A stretch of 42,361 bases of DNA from Selaginella moellendorffii (Eukaryota; Plantae; Lycopodiophyta): NCBI RefSeq assembly GCF_000143415.4, contig NW_003314478.1:1-42361 (forward strand), given 5' to 3'. The position numbers and the translations under genes were made by a program. The notes under the pieces were generated by a model, which was given only the letters and a program-made list of their open reading frames with translations, ran no database searches and was not told the origin of the DNA. Shown here piece by piece: positions 20,356 through 32,596 of the stretch (the stretch's first letter is position 1; every line of letters begins with the position of its first letter).

Positions 20356-22043
20356 TTTGGTATCAGAGAATGAGTTTTGGCGAGTACTATCCAATGAGAT
20401 TGGGCAACTAGTCTCGTTGCATACGCAGAGATGAAAATGATGATCCGAATGGGTACACGTTTGGGTGCAAAGGCTTTGCAATTGTTCCTTGGATATGGAT
20501 TTGGTTACCTTTTTGTACCTTATGATGTGAACTTGCTCTTGGGCTCATAGAATGGATTTGAGGTGTACCGTTTTACATGAGTTTACGCTTGGGCTCGTGA
20601 GTGAGGCACATTAGCAACTCGAGGTTACACTTTGAGTTGGTAGGATTAATGTTAGTTTATCGGTGGTTTCATAAGTTGTTCCATGTACCATGAGTGAAAG
20701 TAAACTTTCCTTGGGTTTGCTATGAGTGGCAAATAGGCTGGTCCATAGCTATTTAACACGGCACTAGTGGATCCTTCCTAGGCATGATTATAAGTGGATC
20801 AATCAAGACTGTAGGGATTAGTCTATTGGTTTAGGTAGTTATTGCCGTGCTCTCTCATAAACTTTTCTTGGATTGGACTGAAGGCAGTGCGAAAGCAAGC
20901 TTGAGGTTTAATCAAAGTAAAGACCAAAAAGAAGGTTGTCAGGGACGAAGGATCAAACACATAAATCATCTTCCCTTCTTGGAAAGATGATTTGCAATAA
21001 GGTGTTAACTCATTGCTCGTGTTCATATTATGCAATCAAGAGTCCCTACCTTGATGCATCTTGGAAATGATGGTTTTACAAATGGCGAGTTGTGGGATGG
21101 ATAGTGGTGAAGCACTAATCCATTTTGTCTAGGCTTGCTATTGAAGATTTGGGTTGCAATGCTCAATTCTTTTCCGAGAAACCTTGCTATTGCTTTTTGA
21201 GTAGTTTGGTGTTGGATTAGTTTTGAGTTTGGTCGGAAAGAGAGTGGCATTACTCGTAGTGTTGCTCAATTGATGATCAAGCCATTGTGATTATTATATT
21301 ATATCCATGTGATAGTGAGCAATGTGTTTACTAAGTTGCTTGGTTAAATGATGATCAACCCCAAAGTGGTTGATGAAAAAGCTAATCTATTTACACATAG
21401 TAGCATTGTAGTAGCTTTGACTAGATTCTTAATGATGATCCATTATGCTAAGTTTAAGTTGGTACCTTGTTTCCTTGAGGGGTTGCCCATTGAGGTGTTA
21501 GAAAAGGGTTATAACATTCATTTGCTATAGCTTATCGGTTTATCCGTTAGCATTTGGAGTAGATTGTTAGATGGAGAAGGTGTGTAGTTGAGGCATTGAC
21601 ATCACTAACACTTGTGTTAGTGAAAGTGGCATGTTATTTTGAGTGATGAGAGGTTTTCTTTAGAGCTTGATTTTCCATGTTATTTTTCTTGTTAGTGTTT
21701 TGGCTTCACATTAGATTTTGAAAGTGGTTAAAGAAGAGTGTTAATGCAATATGGATATCCGAAGATGTGGTCTTCATTAAACGGGGCCTTTTATTTTCCA
21801 GCAAAACACCAAAAAACCGGGTGTGGTTTTGTTAAGCACGAAACCAGCAAAGAGCCTTTATCTAGAGGAGCTTACAATGAAAGTACCTATGGAAAGGGGG
21901 GTTGTACGTGAACTAGAGCCTAAAGGTCTTTTGAGATGTGGTCTTCGTGATCAAGCCTTGGATGTTCATTTTGCCTTTTATAGATGTCGGTGTTGGAAGT
22001 CGGAAATATGGGCAAAGATGTTCGATGCTTAAGTATACTATGG

Positions 22044-22143
22044 NNNNNNNNNNNNNNNNNNNNNNNNNNNNNNNNNNNNNNNNNNNNNNNNNNNNNNNNN
22101 NNNNNNNNNNNNNNNNNNNNNNNNNNNNNNNNNNNNNNNNNNN
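22044..22143. other. Assembly gap
   Basis: Run of 100 N. Confidence 1.
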
Positions 22144-22562
22144 GTTTGCATTCCTAGACTGAGAGTCATTCTTTCTCTAGGATGGAAATTTTCCACAAAT
22201 TTTTTAGACTTTTCCAATGGCTGATCTATTGATCACTTTGCCCGAAAACCATTCCATTTTCGTAAGCCAATACAAATTAGTGAAAGGGTTGGAGTTGAAT
22301 TTAGTTAATTTAAACCTTAGTAGGTAATTTGTATGATACGACCCGAAAGGGATGTTGACTTTTAAGGCTAAGGCAATTGAGTTGGATAGAGTCTAGAGTT
22401 GGTGTAGAAAAGTGGCCGTTGCATTTTTGTAGAAAGGTGACCATTGTGTTTTTCTTTTATAGCATTATATTTGGTGGTAGGTTGCACCTTGCATTTTGTT
22501 AAACTTTATGAGAGTAGTGAGCTCTCATTGATCTTGATTTAGTCTTGGTAGCCCTGCGCCTT

Positions 22563-23236
22563 TGTAGCGCATGTGATCATGGGATGAAATTTGGATATAC
22601 TGTCACCATGGATCCTTGGAACCTTGGGGGATAAATGGGGATAAAATAGCCACTAAGGGCTCTCTCATCAAGCAATTGCCCCTTTTAAAGTTGGCTTAAG
22701 GGGAGAGAGATAAGGTGTGCTACAGTTGGTATCGGAGCAAATGGCACGGGTTCGATTCTCATTGATTAGTGGCTACTTAAAAGTATAATATACCCTTGAG
22801 CAAGGTATATTCCTACCCCTAAATTTGAAATCGTACGTATTGGGCATCCATGCGTACGTCCTTCCTCTTGTATGGTGTATCCATGGACGAAGGTATCCAC
22901 CGTGGGACTGCGGTACGGGTGGATGACTAGTTGCCTCACATGGAATAACTAGTCTACACAATGGAAGGATTGGTAGATTGAGTGCGGAAATGGAAGTGTT
23001 GGTTCCCCTTGGCTCAGTAGGGGTTGTTAATCAATAGTCAATGAGGACATTAACATCTCTGAAGGGGGGGTGAGTGTAGCGCATGTGATCATGGGATGAG
23101 ATTTGGATATACTGTCACCGTGGATCCTTGGAACCTTGGGGGATAAATGGGGATAAAATAGCCACTAAGGGCTCTCTCATCAAGCAATTGCCCCTTTTCC
23201 AGTTGGCTTAAGGGGAGAGAGATAAAGTGCGCTACA
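22563..23236 (+). mobile_element. TRIM (terminal-repeat retrotransposon in miniature), 674 bp, nested in Y
   Basis: 162-bp LTRs 22563-22724 and 23075-23236 (TGTAGCGCA...TGCGCTACA); PBS 22727-22738; PPT 23061-23074; TSD GCCTT/ACCTT; empty site ACCTT in copy X (~17462, minus). Confidence 0.95.
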
Positions 23237-26075
23237 ACCTTGGCTGAGGATAGTGATGTTCAATTTAGTTGTTTAAGGTTAAAATGTTGGTACCCATACT
23301 ATAGCTTTGTCTATGAGGAGGTTGTGTACCGATATGAATTCATCTCATGGTCTTCACTTTAGTTTTGACTAAGTGTTGGTCATGCATAGCTAGCCTCTTT
23401 AAGGCATGCTTAGAGTTGTTGGCTAGACGTATCGGTAAGCTTATTGCAATTGAGTTGGATTCGAGTGGTCATTTAGTTTGTGCTTGTCCATGAACATTTA
23501 TCTTGTACCTGGGGTATTACATTCATGTTAGATGAGTATATGACTTGATGGCACGAGTTTAGTGTTTGGGTCTTGTGAAGGCAAGTTGAAAGAGTGATTG
23601 TTAGTTGCTTTACAACTAGTGATTGCTTGTAGACTTCGTAGAGGACTGTTTGACACTTGCTTCACTCGATGATGATTTAGCAATAATAGGTTTGCTTTAC
23701 CGGATGGTGTTGCGAAGGATCGTATTGTTAAATTTGCATGGTTTTTCCATGTTGACATAATGACTTTACCTTTATCGATATCATTTGGTTGCGTTTAGTT
23801 CATAATGTTGAATTTCATTAAGTCTTGGATGTGGTGATTCACTCCTTGATAAAGTGTTATCTATAGCTGAGTATTGTTGAAGAACTAATCTCAGATACTA
23901 AGTATAGTATTTTCAACTTTGATTAGCTTGGTTGCTAGAGAGCTTTGGGTGGTGATTCACTTTTGCTTTCTTTTAGCTTTGTTTTAGTGCTGATGGCATT
24001 GAAGTGATGCCTTGTCGTTGACATAGTTAATATTGAGATTTGAGTAAAATGAGATATCTCACATAAAGATTGATGTCGAGTTTCATTAGTCTCAATGAAG
24101 ATAGTGTTGATGATTTGGCTTTTGCTTTATGTTATTGGCATTGGTGCATTTGCTAGTTATTAACTGTATAGATGTTCAAATGAGCTGAGTGGCAAGTTTG
24201 AGTTAGCTGTGTTCTAGATGAGATTGTTTAGTAGGGGTTAAGCTTTGAGTTTTTCCTTGAAAAGTGATTTAGTCGTAGACTATACTAACCCTACAAGCGG
24301 AAGAGTTAATGATCGATATTGGAATGTTTGAATCCTTGTTGGGTTCAAGTTGGGATATATCGATCATTGATAGTTCTTTTTGTGCTTGTTATGAAGTGAG
24401 TTACGTCTTGCTATAAATGGATTCATGGAGGATTGTTTCGTGATCACTTGTTGAGCATAGTTTCATTATGTTTGGTTTTTGGATTGATGCAAATCTGTTT
24501 TTCATTAGCTTTGCATTATGAAGTTTAGATTATGGATGTGTTGAAGAGGATATTATAGGTTGTACCATGATTTCTTCTTTAGCATTGAAATTAGTTCATG
24601 TGAGACTCGTAATCATTGCTAAGCAAAAACTTGGCTATAGGCTTCTTTGAACTTTTAGAGTTTTCATGCTCATTATTCCATTTGTTATGAGTTGTTAGGG
24701 AAAACATTTTTGGCTAGTTAGCTTTAATGTTAAAGTTAGTATTTTGCGTTTGGTGATTATTGGTGATAATTGACTATCATCTAAGATAGTTGATTATCCT
24801 TATCAAAAAGTTTTGCTTGATTGTTGTTGATATAAAATAATTCATTATTCTTTGGGATGGTGGATTCCTTCTTTGACGATAATTATGCATATCTCTTTTT
24901 GATGGGATGATTAATGATCTTTCATGATGGTTAGTTATTCTCTTTGATAGCTTTTGGCTTTTCACAATACCACATGTTTTTTGTGGTTTGTTCTAGATTG
25001 GTCTTTTGGGTTTGAGACATTGGTAGGATGTTGCTGGCACTTGCTTAAACAACTCTGATTCCTTAGTATTATTGATTGGGATCTATTCAAATTAGCTGAT
25101 GCAATAATTAGCATGAATGAGTGTTTGTTGGTCTTGCCATATTCATTTTGTTCTATTGATTATTGCTCAAGTTCGCTTTGATAGATTCGGATGTTATTTC
25201 CTTTGGATGATACATTTGCAAACATTTTGCTTGCAAGTCAATGATACTTTGTGTTCTTTGAGTTATCTTTAGTAAGTTGTTTGGCATACTGTCTGCCATC
25301 TTTGATAGTTAAGTTTCATCATTGAGTTTCCTTGATGATATACTTGCTCTTGAATTTTGTTGGATGGTGATTCTTATGTTTACCAATTATGATGATCATG
25401 GTGGTTCCTATATTATAATACTAGTTTATCGAATGATAACTTACTTGGAATACTTTTGTGTTCTAATCTAAGATATATTCACTAATAATTAAGTCTCTAA
25501 GATATCATTGTCTATGACTTTGATATTGTCCATCTATTGATCTTTGCGTTTGCACCAGTATAGGTAGACTGGCTTCGACACTTCGTATGCATGGTGAAAT
25601 CTCTTGTCATGGGGTAGCTATTGTCGATTGGTCACATAACCTGCCTCTTTGTCGATATTCCTTATTCCGTTGAAAGGGTGTGACCGTGTAAACAACTCTA
25701 ACTACCTGTTTACAGTAGTTTATCTAAACCTTACCAACGGGTTTGGTTTCTTTGCTCAGGAGGGTTGGGGCCTCTGGCTTCTCTTTCTATGTCCCTACGG
25801 GTAGGGGCGTATCAAACTTTTGTAAGCTGAGTGACACCCAGAGCAGCAAGGGTGGCTGACTTTGTTGGTCATTTCCTTGTTAGCGACGGCCGGAAGGTGT
25901 CTGAATTGGTAGCGCATCTGTGTTAGACAAAGAGGTTACCCCTTAACTCATTTAAGTTGGTGCATTTCTCACATAGTGTGAGTACCGTGAACTTTTTATG
26001 GAGTTGTTTCCTTGGCGGTATTCTAGACTGGAGTATGCATCGACGAGGACGTCGATCTTCCCTAGGGGGGGAGAG

Positions 26076-27046
26076 TGTCGCGAATGTGAGTTCAGGTATC
26101 GAAAGTTACCTATCGGCCAGTCCTTACGGACACTCTTACCTTACTGCCACGATGGCAGGAGGTCGGTATTGCTGGACCCTTTATTAGTCCCTCTTGTTCA
26201 AGTGTTAGTAAACTGGACTTTGCATCTGTACTTGGCCGGATGAGCATAAGGAAGGAATTCCTAAGTGTCTATTTAGCTGAGCATACTTGGCCCGGCTTGT
26301 TAGTTCTCTTTTGCTCTGTCTTGCACTGGCTTGACAAGAACCCTCGCATATTGAGATTAGTCCCTTAATATCGCTACATGATAACTTACCGTGTTTGTCA
26401 AACACCCTCGCTATCATGCCCTTTGTGTTAATCTCATTTCAGTCCCAAATGCTATTTATGGAGAGTGTCCAGATTTGCTTGAATCAGGGGGGGGGGGTGC
26501 CGAGCTGTGGGGGTTTCCAAATGCATAGTAGAGATAGTGGGTAGGTCAAGCATGGCTGACCAACCTGACATATAGTTTAGTTCCCACTTGCATGCCTGTC
26601 CTTATTCTGCATCCGGCTTGGGTCTAAGTCTAAGTTCCATTCCATGCTAGCTGGTGGAGTACCCATATCCTTGTGTTAGGCCACCGGTATGCCGAAATAG
26701 CATCAGACTCCGTTTGGCTTCGTTTTGTGTGCTGGTCCTGGCATTGGGATGCTGGTTGCTCTAGGACTATTCCAGGTTGCTTCGGGCTCCTGTCTCTTCA
26801 CTCCTTGGGCTGTATGCTTGGGAGTTGCTCCGTGGTTCGGTTCCACCACTCCTTAGCTCCACACTTGGGAGTTTGGCACCATTCCTTCGTTTAGTGGCCC
26901 AAGGCCCTGAACCTCGGGTTCCACACTATTGTCCTTTAGACACGTGGCATCTGTCACATGGCACAAAGAGGGTTTAAGTTCCACTTCGTGGTGTTATCCT
27001 ATTGTAAATCACCATAGGATAAAAGGTAGAAACCACGTGCGCTACA
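26076..27046 (+). repeat. Element Y 3' LTR (971 bp, internal deletion near 26480)
   Basis: Follows the PPT; ends GCTACA, then TSD. Confidence 0.9.
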
Positions 27047-27225
27047 AGTGCCATGCTAAACAGCTACAGACAAGCCTATTTGCCACTCATAACAAACCCA
27101 AAGAAGGTTTACTTTCACCTATGGTACAAGGAACAACTCATGGAACCACCAATAAGCTAACATTAATCCTGCTAACTCAAAGTGTAACCTTGAGTTGCTA
27201 ATGTACTTCACTCACGAGTCCAAGT

Positions 27226-27640
27226 GCAAACTCGTGTAAACGGAACAACTCAATCCCTCTTATGAGCCCATAAGCAAGCTCACATCATATGGTACAAAAA
27301 GGTAACCAAACTCTATACCCAAGGAACGAATGCGAAGTCTTAGCACCCAAACGTGTACCCACTCGGATCATCGTTTTCATCTCTACGTATATAACGAGAT
27401 TAGTTCTTCAATCTCATTGGATAGCACTCGCTGAGACTTGCAAACTCATGTGAATGGAACAACTCAATCCCTCTTATGAGCCCATGAGCAAGCTCACATC
27501 ATATGGTACAAAAAGGTAACCAAATTCCATACCCAAGGAACGAATGCCAAACGTGTACCCACTTGGATCATCATTTTCATTTCTACATATACAATGAGAC
27601 TAGTTGCCCAATCTCGTTCGATAGTACTCGCTGAGACTCA
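27226..27640 (-). repeat. ~200-bp tandem duplication in the leader of element X
   Basis: GCAAACTC..GGAACAACTCAATCCCTCTTATGAGCCCAT..CTCGCTGAGACT occurs twice; single copy in Y (20370-20590). Confidence 0.85.
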
Positions 27641-27655
27641 TTCTTTGATACCAAA

Positions 27656-28824
27656 TGTAGCACACGTGGGTTTTACCTTTTATCTTATGCTGATTTACCA
27701 TAAGATAACACCACAAATCAGAACCTAAACCCTCCATATGCCACGTGTCATATGCCATGTGTCATATGCCACATGTCCAAGGGCCGGGGGTGGGGACCCC
27801 AGGTTTCAGGCCCTTGGCCCTTGAAAAAAAGGACGGGGCCCAACTTCTTAGGCTGGGGTTTAGGGGGGGATGGACTGGGCCCAGGGACCACTTCTGGGGT
27901 TTCCCCCCCAAAAAGGAAAGGGCCGGGGCCCGGAACCATTTGGGAACATTCTTGGGGTATTTAACTTCCCAATCCCGGCCCCCTTTGGGCTCCTTTTTGT
28001 AGGTTATTTTGGGCGTTTTTTGGCCATCCCGGGGCCTTACCCCAGGGACATGGTTACCTGGGAAGAAAATTTGGGTTTAGCCCCAGCCGGGCCCCAGAAA
28101 AAAGCCCCCCCCTTAACCGGGGGTTAAATTTTTTCCCGGGTTGGGGGGCCAAGCCAAAAAGCCCCCCCTTTCTTTTATAAACATTTGGGACCCCCCAAAG
28201 CTTAAAAAACCCCCCCCCCCCCCCCCCCCCTCCCCCTTGCCCCCTTGGAGGAACACATGCTTTGGGCTTTCACCCCAAGCCTCCCTTAGCATCAGGAGTT
28301 AATCTCTAGGACAAACTCAAAACTTACTAAATATGGAATGTCCTTAGATTGTGAATTTGGATATGGGACAAACACTATTGTGTTTAACACAATCTCTACA
28401 TTCTATAGATATGCCAAATGAGCAAATCTAGACACTTTCATAAATAACATTTGGGACCGAAATGAGACTAACACAAAGAACATGATAGCGAGGGTGTTTG
28501 GGAGACACAGTAAGCTATCATCCAACGATATAAAGGAACTAATTTCAATACGCAAGGGTTTTTGTCAAGCGAGTGCAAGATAGAGCAAAAGAGAATTAAC
28601 AAGCCGGGCCAAGTATATTTGGCTAAATAGACACTTAGGAATTCCTTCCTTACATTCATCTGGCCAAGTACAGATGCAAAGTTTAGTTTACTAACACTTG
28701 ATCAAAAGGGACTAATAAAGGAGTTTAATAATACCAACTTCCTGCCATCGTGGCAATAAGGAAAAAGTGTCCATAAGGATTGGCCAACAGATAACTTTCG
28801 ATACTCGAAGTCACATTTGCGACA
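27656..28824 (-). repeat. Element X 5' LTR (middle part looks like low-quality sequence)
   Basis: Revcomp of the Y LTR, from TGTAGCAC to ATTTGCGACA. Confidence 0.85.
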
Positions 28825-29019
28825 AATGGGATCCCTTAGATTTCCATACCACTCCATAAATGGAACTAAGTGGGCTTTCCTGTAGCTAGCCATCAGGAAG
28901 AATGAGGTCAAAATAGTTCCCGACTCTTCTAGTGCTCACGTCCTTGTACTCGTAAGTGACGCCAACATAAGCGCCATGCTAGGAAGCGATCTATCTGGCT
29001 TTGAATTGAAGAGAATCCC
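28825..29019 (-). pseudogene. Remnant of the unit A Lnt-like gene (a further remnant lies just before 14691)
   Basis: Homologous to 37000-37195; encodes YRKAHLVPFMEWYGNLRDPI; 5' half of the gene is deleted. Confidence 0.8.
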
Positions 29020-30253
29020 AATGTAGGTGCCATGCTTGTTTGAATGTAGGTGGTAATTTATATTCTTATTATATTCATCAAAAATTAAATTATTTATAAG
29101 GTGAACGGATTATACTATAAATATTTAGGTATATTTAAAATATACCTTAATCTAGCAGTTTTATGTTTGTAATCAGTGTTTAATACTATATCTTAAATAT
29201 AGACCAAACCTCTAAAGTTAACTAAAATCTCTCAAAAGGAAAAAAAAATGTATTATTTGATTTTCTTGTAATACAAGACTCCTATCCCTTTGCCCATATT
29301 TACATCTTCTTCTTTCCCACTTGTTTTTTTTTATTATAAAATATTAAAACCATGAAATAGTTATATTTGTTTAAGCTGCCACTTAGAGGTTATTAATGTT
29401 TGATATGGCCATGAGATAACTCACCATTATTTAAGGAATTCTTTTGATTTTTAAATTGCAAATATTTGAATTTTTGCTTTGTTCCCACCAAGTTGCAAAA
29501 GCTATTGGAAGCAATCCAAAAAAATATTATATTCAAACAAGGCTATTGTTCCTAGAATAATCTAATCACACTAGTTGCATAAATTTTTTAACTTATTTGT
29601 AAATTGTAAGTAATCAAAAAGAATAACTTACATAAAAGTTCAAATATAAAAGGTAAGAACTCTACTTTTCAATTAGTTAAAAATTTTGGGATATTTAGGG
29701 TTAACTATTCTTAGATTTAAATAGTAATAGGTTATATGACTTCTCGGAAATCTAAACTCTATTGATTAGCTAAGGGAATCATACTATATATTTGATTAAC
29801 CTTTAGGAAAAGAATGGGGCTCTCAAAATAGTGTTACTTAAGAGATGATCAAATATAAACAGGAAAGGGCTTATGAATAAAAATGTGCATTTTTTTCCAA
29901 TTGGTTAAATATTTTAGAATATTACAATGAAATATAAAAAGAAAGAGTGTATGAATAAAACTGATTAAGGGTATTGGGATATTGAGTCTTGGGATAACCA
30001 CCTTTACCACTAACTTTGAGATTTTAAGATATGCTACTATCTAATAATTAGATTAGTTTTGTATTCAAACACTTTTTTAGTATATTCTAGTTTATTCTAC
30101 TATTTAATTTGGATTGGTCAAATAGGTTCAAATAATACTAAACAAAAAATTAACAAAACAGTCTCATAATGAGTTTCTATTATTATCATTAAATATTATT
30201 TAATCTAGGTATGTTCTTACAACAATCTTGAGTCCAATATTTTGGGTTGGACT

Positions 30254-32006
30254 ATGAACAGAAACTCTAACATTCATTTTTATTCAATCCTGCAAAAGCC
30301 TTTATGAAGCAAGAGAGATTTACTGGCTTCCATATTTGCCAAACATCTGGATGAGTTTGTTGCTGAGGAAGGAATCATCAGCAAGTGGATGATTCCTTTT
30401 AAGATCCACCAAATCTTCTCCTTTTCGTGGGCTTTCATGTTTCAAGCTTACGCCCAAAACTCCCATCTTAAACATGCAAAAGAGATCTTCGACAAACTGC
30501 CGCAAAAGGATGTCTTTGCATGGACATCCAGGCTCTTGGCATATGCCCGAACTGGGCATGTTCTCAATGCCCAAAAAACATTTGATGAGATGCCGCAACA
30601 CAGCCTTCTCTCATGGAATGCAATCCTGTCAGTCCACGCACCAGCTGGGATCTAAAATATGCCGAAAGGATTATCTCCGGGGTGCCCGAGTATGATCTCG
30701 TGTCTTGGAATTCCATTCTAACGGCATACGCCCGGAAAGGGCATGAACGGGAAAAACGTGTTTTCGATTCAATGGAGGCTCGTGACCTTGTGTCATGGAC
30801 GACAATCTTGGTTGCCTTGTCGCAGGGCGGAGATTTGCACGGAGCAAAGCTTTTGTTTGATGCAATGCCGCAGCACGATCTCGTCGCCTGGACCGCGATG
30901 CTTGGCGCGTACGCACTGAACGAGGATGTCGATTCGACACAGAGGATTTTCCGCGAGATGCCTGAGATAGATCTCGTTTCGTGCAACACCGTGATGCCAT
31001 GCTGCGTGATGCTAGACAATCAAAGCTTATATTTGACTCCATGCCGCAGAGAGCTCTCTCGTCGTGGACAACAATGCTCGCTGTTCTTGCCAAGAACAGC
31101 CCCGGGGAGGAAACCAAGAGCTTTTTCTATCAAATTCCGGAGCTTGATCTTACTTCCTGTACGATAATGCTGCTCTGACAACCCTCAGACTTGGAGCCTG
31201 TGAAGGCCACCTTTGATCAAATGCCGCAGCGAGACCTGTGCTCTTGGAACTCTGTTCTTTCGGTGTATGCCCAATCAGGGCATTGTGACTTTGCTTTAAG
31301 TCTCTTTAACGAGATGCCCGAAATGGATATGGTTTCGTGGAACAATATGTTAAATGCGTTTGTTCTAACTAGAAAACTACGTGAAGCTGCTTTACTCTTT
31401 CATAGCATGCTAGAACGCAACGTTGTGACCTGGGATGCTTTAATATCTGCATTTTCCCGAGAAGGCCATATTGTATACGCAAGGAAACTTTTTGATACAG
31501 CCCCTGACAGAGACCAAATCTTGTGGAGCTCCATGATAGCTTCATATGCACAAGTAAGCACCACTGCCAGCAAGGCCTTTCATCTCTTCAACGAAATGCA
31601 GGCCGTCGATTCCCCAAACACATCGTGCTTCGCATCCATCCTGGCCGCAAACAGCCACAAAGGCAGCTTTCAAGCGGGAAAGAGCTTCTTCGCTTCCATG
31701 GTTGTGGATCACGCCATTGAGCCCACAAGGCAGCACTACAGTTGCATGGTAGATCTCTTGAGCCGAGCCGGCCACCTTCACGACGCCAAAGATCTAATCT
31801 TAAGCATGCCGTTCGTTCCCAGTGCTCTCGAGTGGACGTGCCTTCTCGGAGCATGCAAGAGCCACGAGGATTATAACAATCTTAGACTGGGAGACGATGT
31901 AGTGAGATCTGTAATGGACGTAACCGACGCAACTCCCAAGACACCCTATGCTTTACTAGCAAACGTCTACACAAGCTCCCAAACAAAAAATCCACACTAT
32001 ATGTAA
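30254..32006 (+). pseudogene. PLS/E PPR pseudogene, unit B
   Basis: Paralogue of 1470-3260; micro-inversion 30325-30407, frameshifts, TGA at 31176-31178. Confidence 0.9.
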
Positions 32007-32046
32007 AATCTAAGGACTTACTCTCTCCTGTACACATGAAGTCATT

Positions 32047-32229
32047 TTAATCACCTCCGCCACAGCCCCCACCACCACAGCCTCCTCCACCGTGGCCTCC
32101 ACCATGACCACCACCAGAGCCTCCACTGTGGCCTCCACCATGGTGGCCACCACTAAACATTGCTCCCGCGAAATCGGAGCGTCTTCTTGGCTTTCGCCTT
32201 TTTGGAGATGCAAAGAAACTGAAACACAT
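32047..32229 (-). CDS. Small (60 aa) Met-Cys/polybasic/Gly-rich protein gene 1, unit B
   Basis: MCFSFFASPKRRKPRRRSDFAGAMFSGGHHGGGHSGG...GGGCGGGGCGGGD. Confidence 0.65.
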   Translation of the reverse strand: MCFSFFASPKRRKPRRRSDFAGAMFSGGHHGGGHSGGSGGGHGGGHGGGGCGGGGCGGGD

Positions 32230-32596
32230 TTTGGATTGATTGCTTGCATGCAAGGGGGCATAATCTTCTGCTTATACACAGGCTAGAAGGCAATTTGAGA
32301 CTTTGACTCAGTGGAAGCCACGAAGAAAGCAATGATAGCGCGTGGACCTGGAGAAGTTTATGCAATCAGTGCCACGTCGTGACACTTCATCAGAGTGTTC
32401 AAGAAACGCAAGATGTGCATTTGTCTATCCAACCTTTAAGGAATACGTGCATAAAATCTCGTTAAATTGCGCGTGAAGGAAGTTGTTTTGCTTGCTTCAT
32501 ATGGTCAGGCCTTGTGGCCAATCAGATGTTCTCCTGCCTAGTATATAAGCGCAAGCCTCCTCGCATCGATCATACCTTTATCTTGCGCAATCCAAG

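Larger units (their letters stand above)
19207..27046 (+). mobile_element. Non-coding large LTR element (LARD-like, gypsy/chromovirus-type cis signals) copy Y, nested in X
   Basis: LTRs 19207-20355 and 26076-27046 (TG...CA); TSD AGTGC at 19202-19206 and 27047-27051; PBS TGGTATCAGAG at 20358; GAGGAC..AGGGGGGGAGAG PPT 26064-26075; no recognisable gag/pol ORF. Confidence 0.92.
14691..28824 (-). mobile_element. Non-coding large LTR element (LARD-like) copy X, inserted in the unit A Lnt-like gene and interrupted by element Y
   Basis: 5' LTR 27656-28824; PBS revcomp TCTTTGATACCA 27642-27653; partial 3' LTR 14691-~15123; internal region is the reverse complement of Y's; left end and ~570 bp of host deleted, so there is no TSD pair. 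Confidence 0.85.
250..29030 (+). repeat. Tandem segmental duplication unit A (spacer-PPR-Gly pair-calnexin-PPR-Lnt-like), expanded by transposon insertions
   Basis: Same order and orientation of blocks as 29035-39800 and 39800-42361; the start GCTTGTTT...ATTTATATTCTTATTATATTCAT recurs at ~249, ~29035 and ~39797. Confidence 0.9.

Noticed and set aside
21775-21935. Apparent insertion in element Y flanked by GATGTGGTCTTC
   Set aside because: It lies next to an N gap and looks like low-quality or misjoined sequence; cannot be supported as biological.
22370-22460. Possible decayed Gag zinc knuckle (AIELD...C..C...H) in the LARD interior
   Set aside because: It needs several frameshifts and the X copy does not restore it; needs a multi-copy consensus.
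27775-28250. GC-rich homopolymer-laden region with several ORFs
   Set aside because: It is a garbled version of the LARD LTR, typical of low-quality read ends; the ORFs are artefacts.
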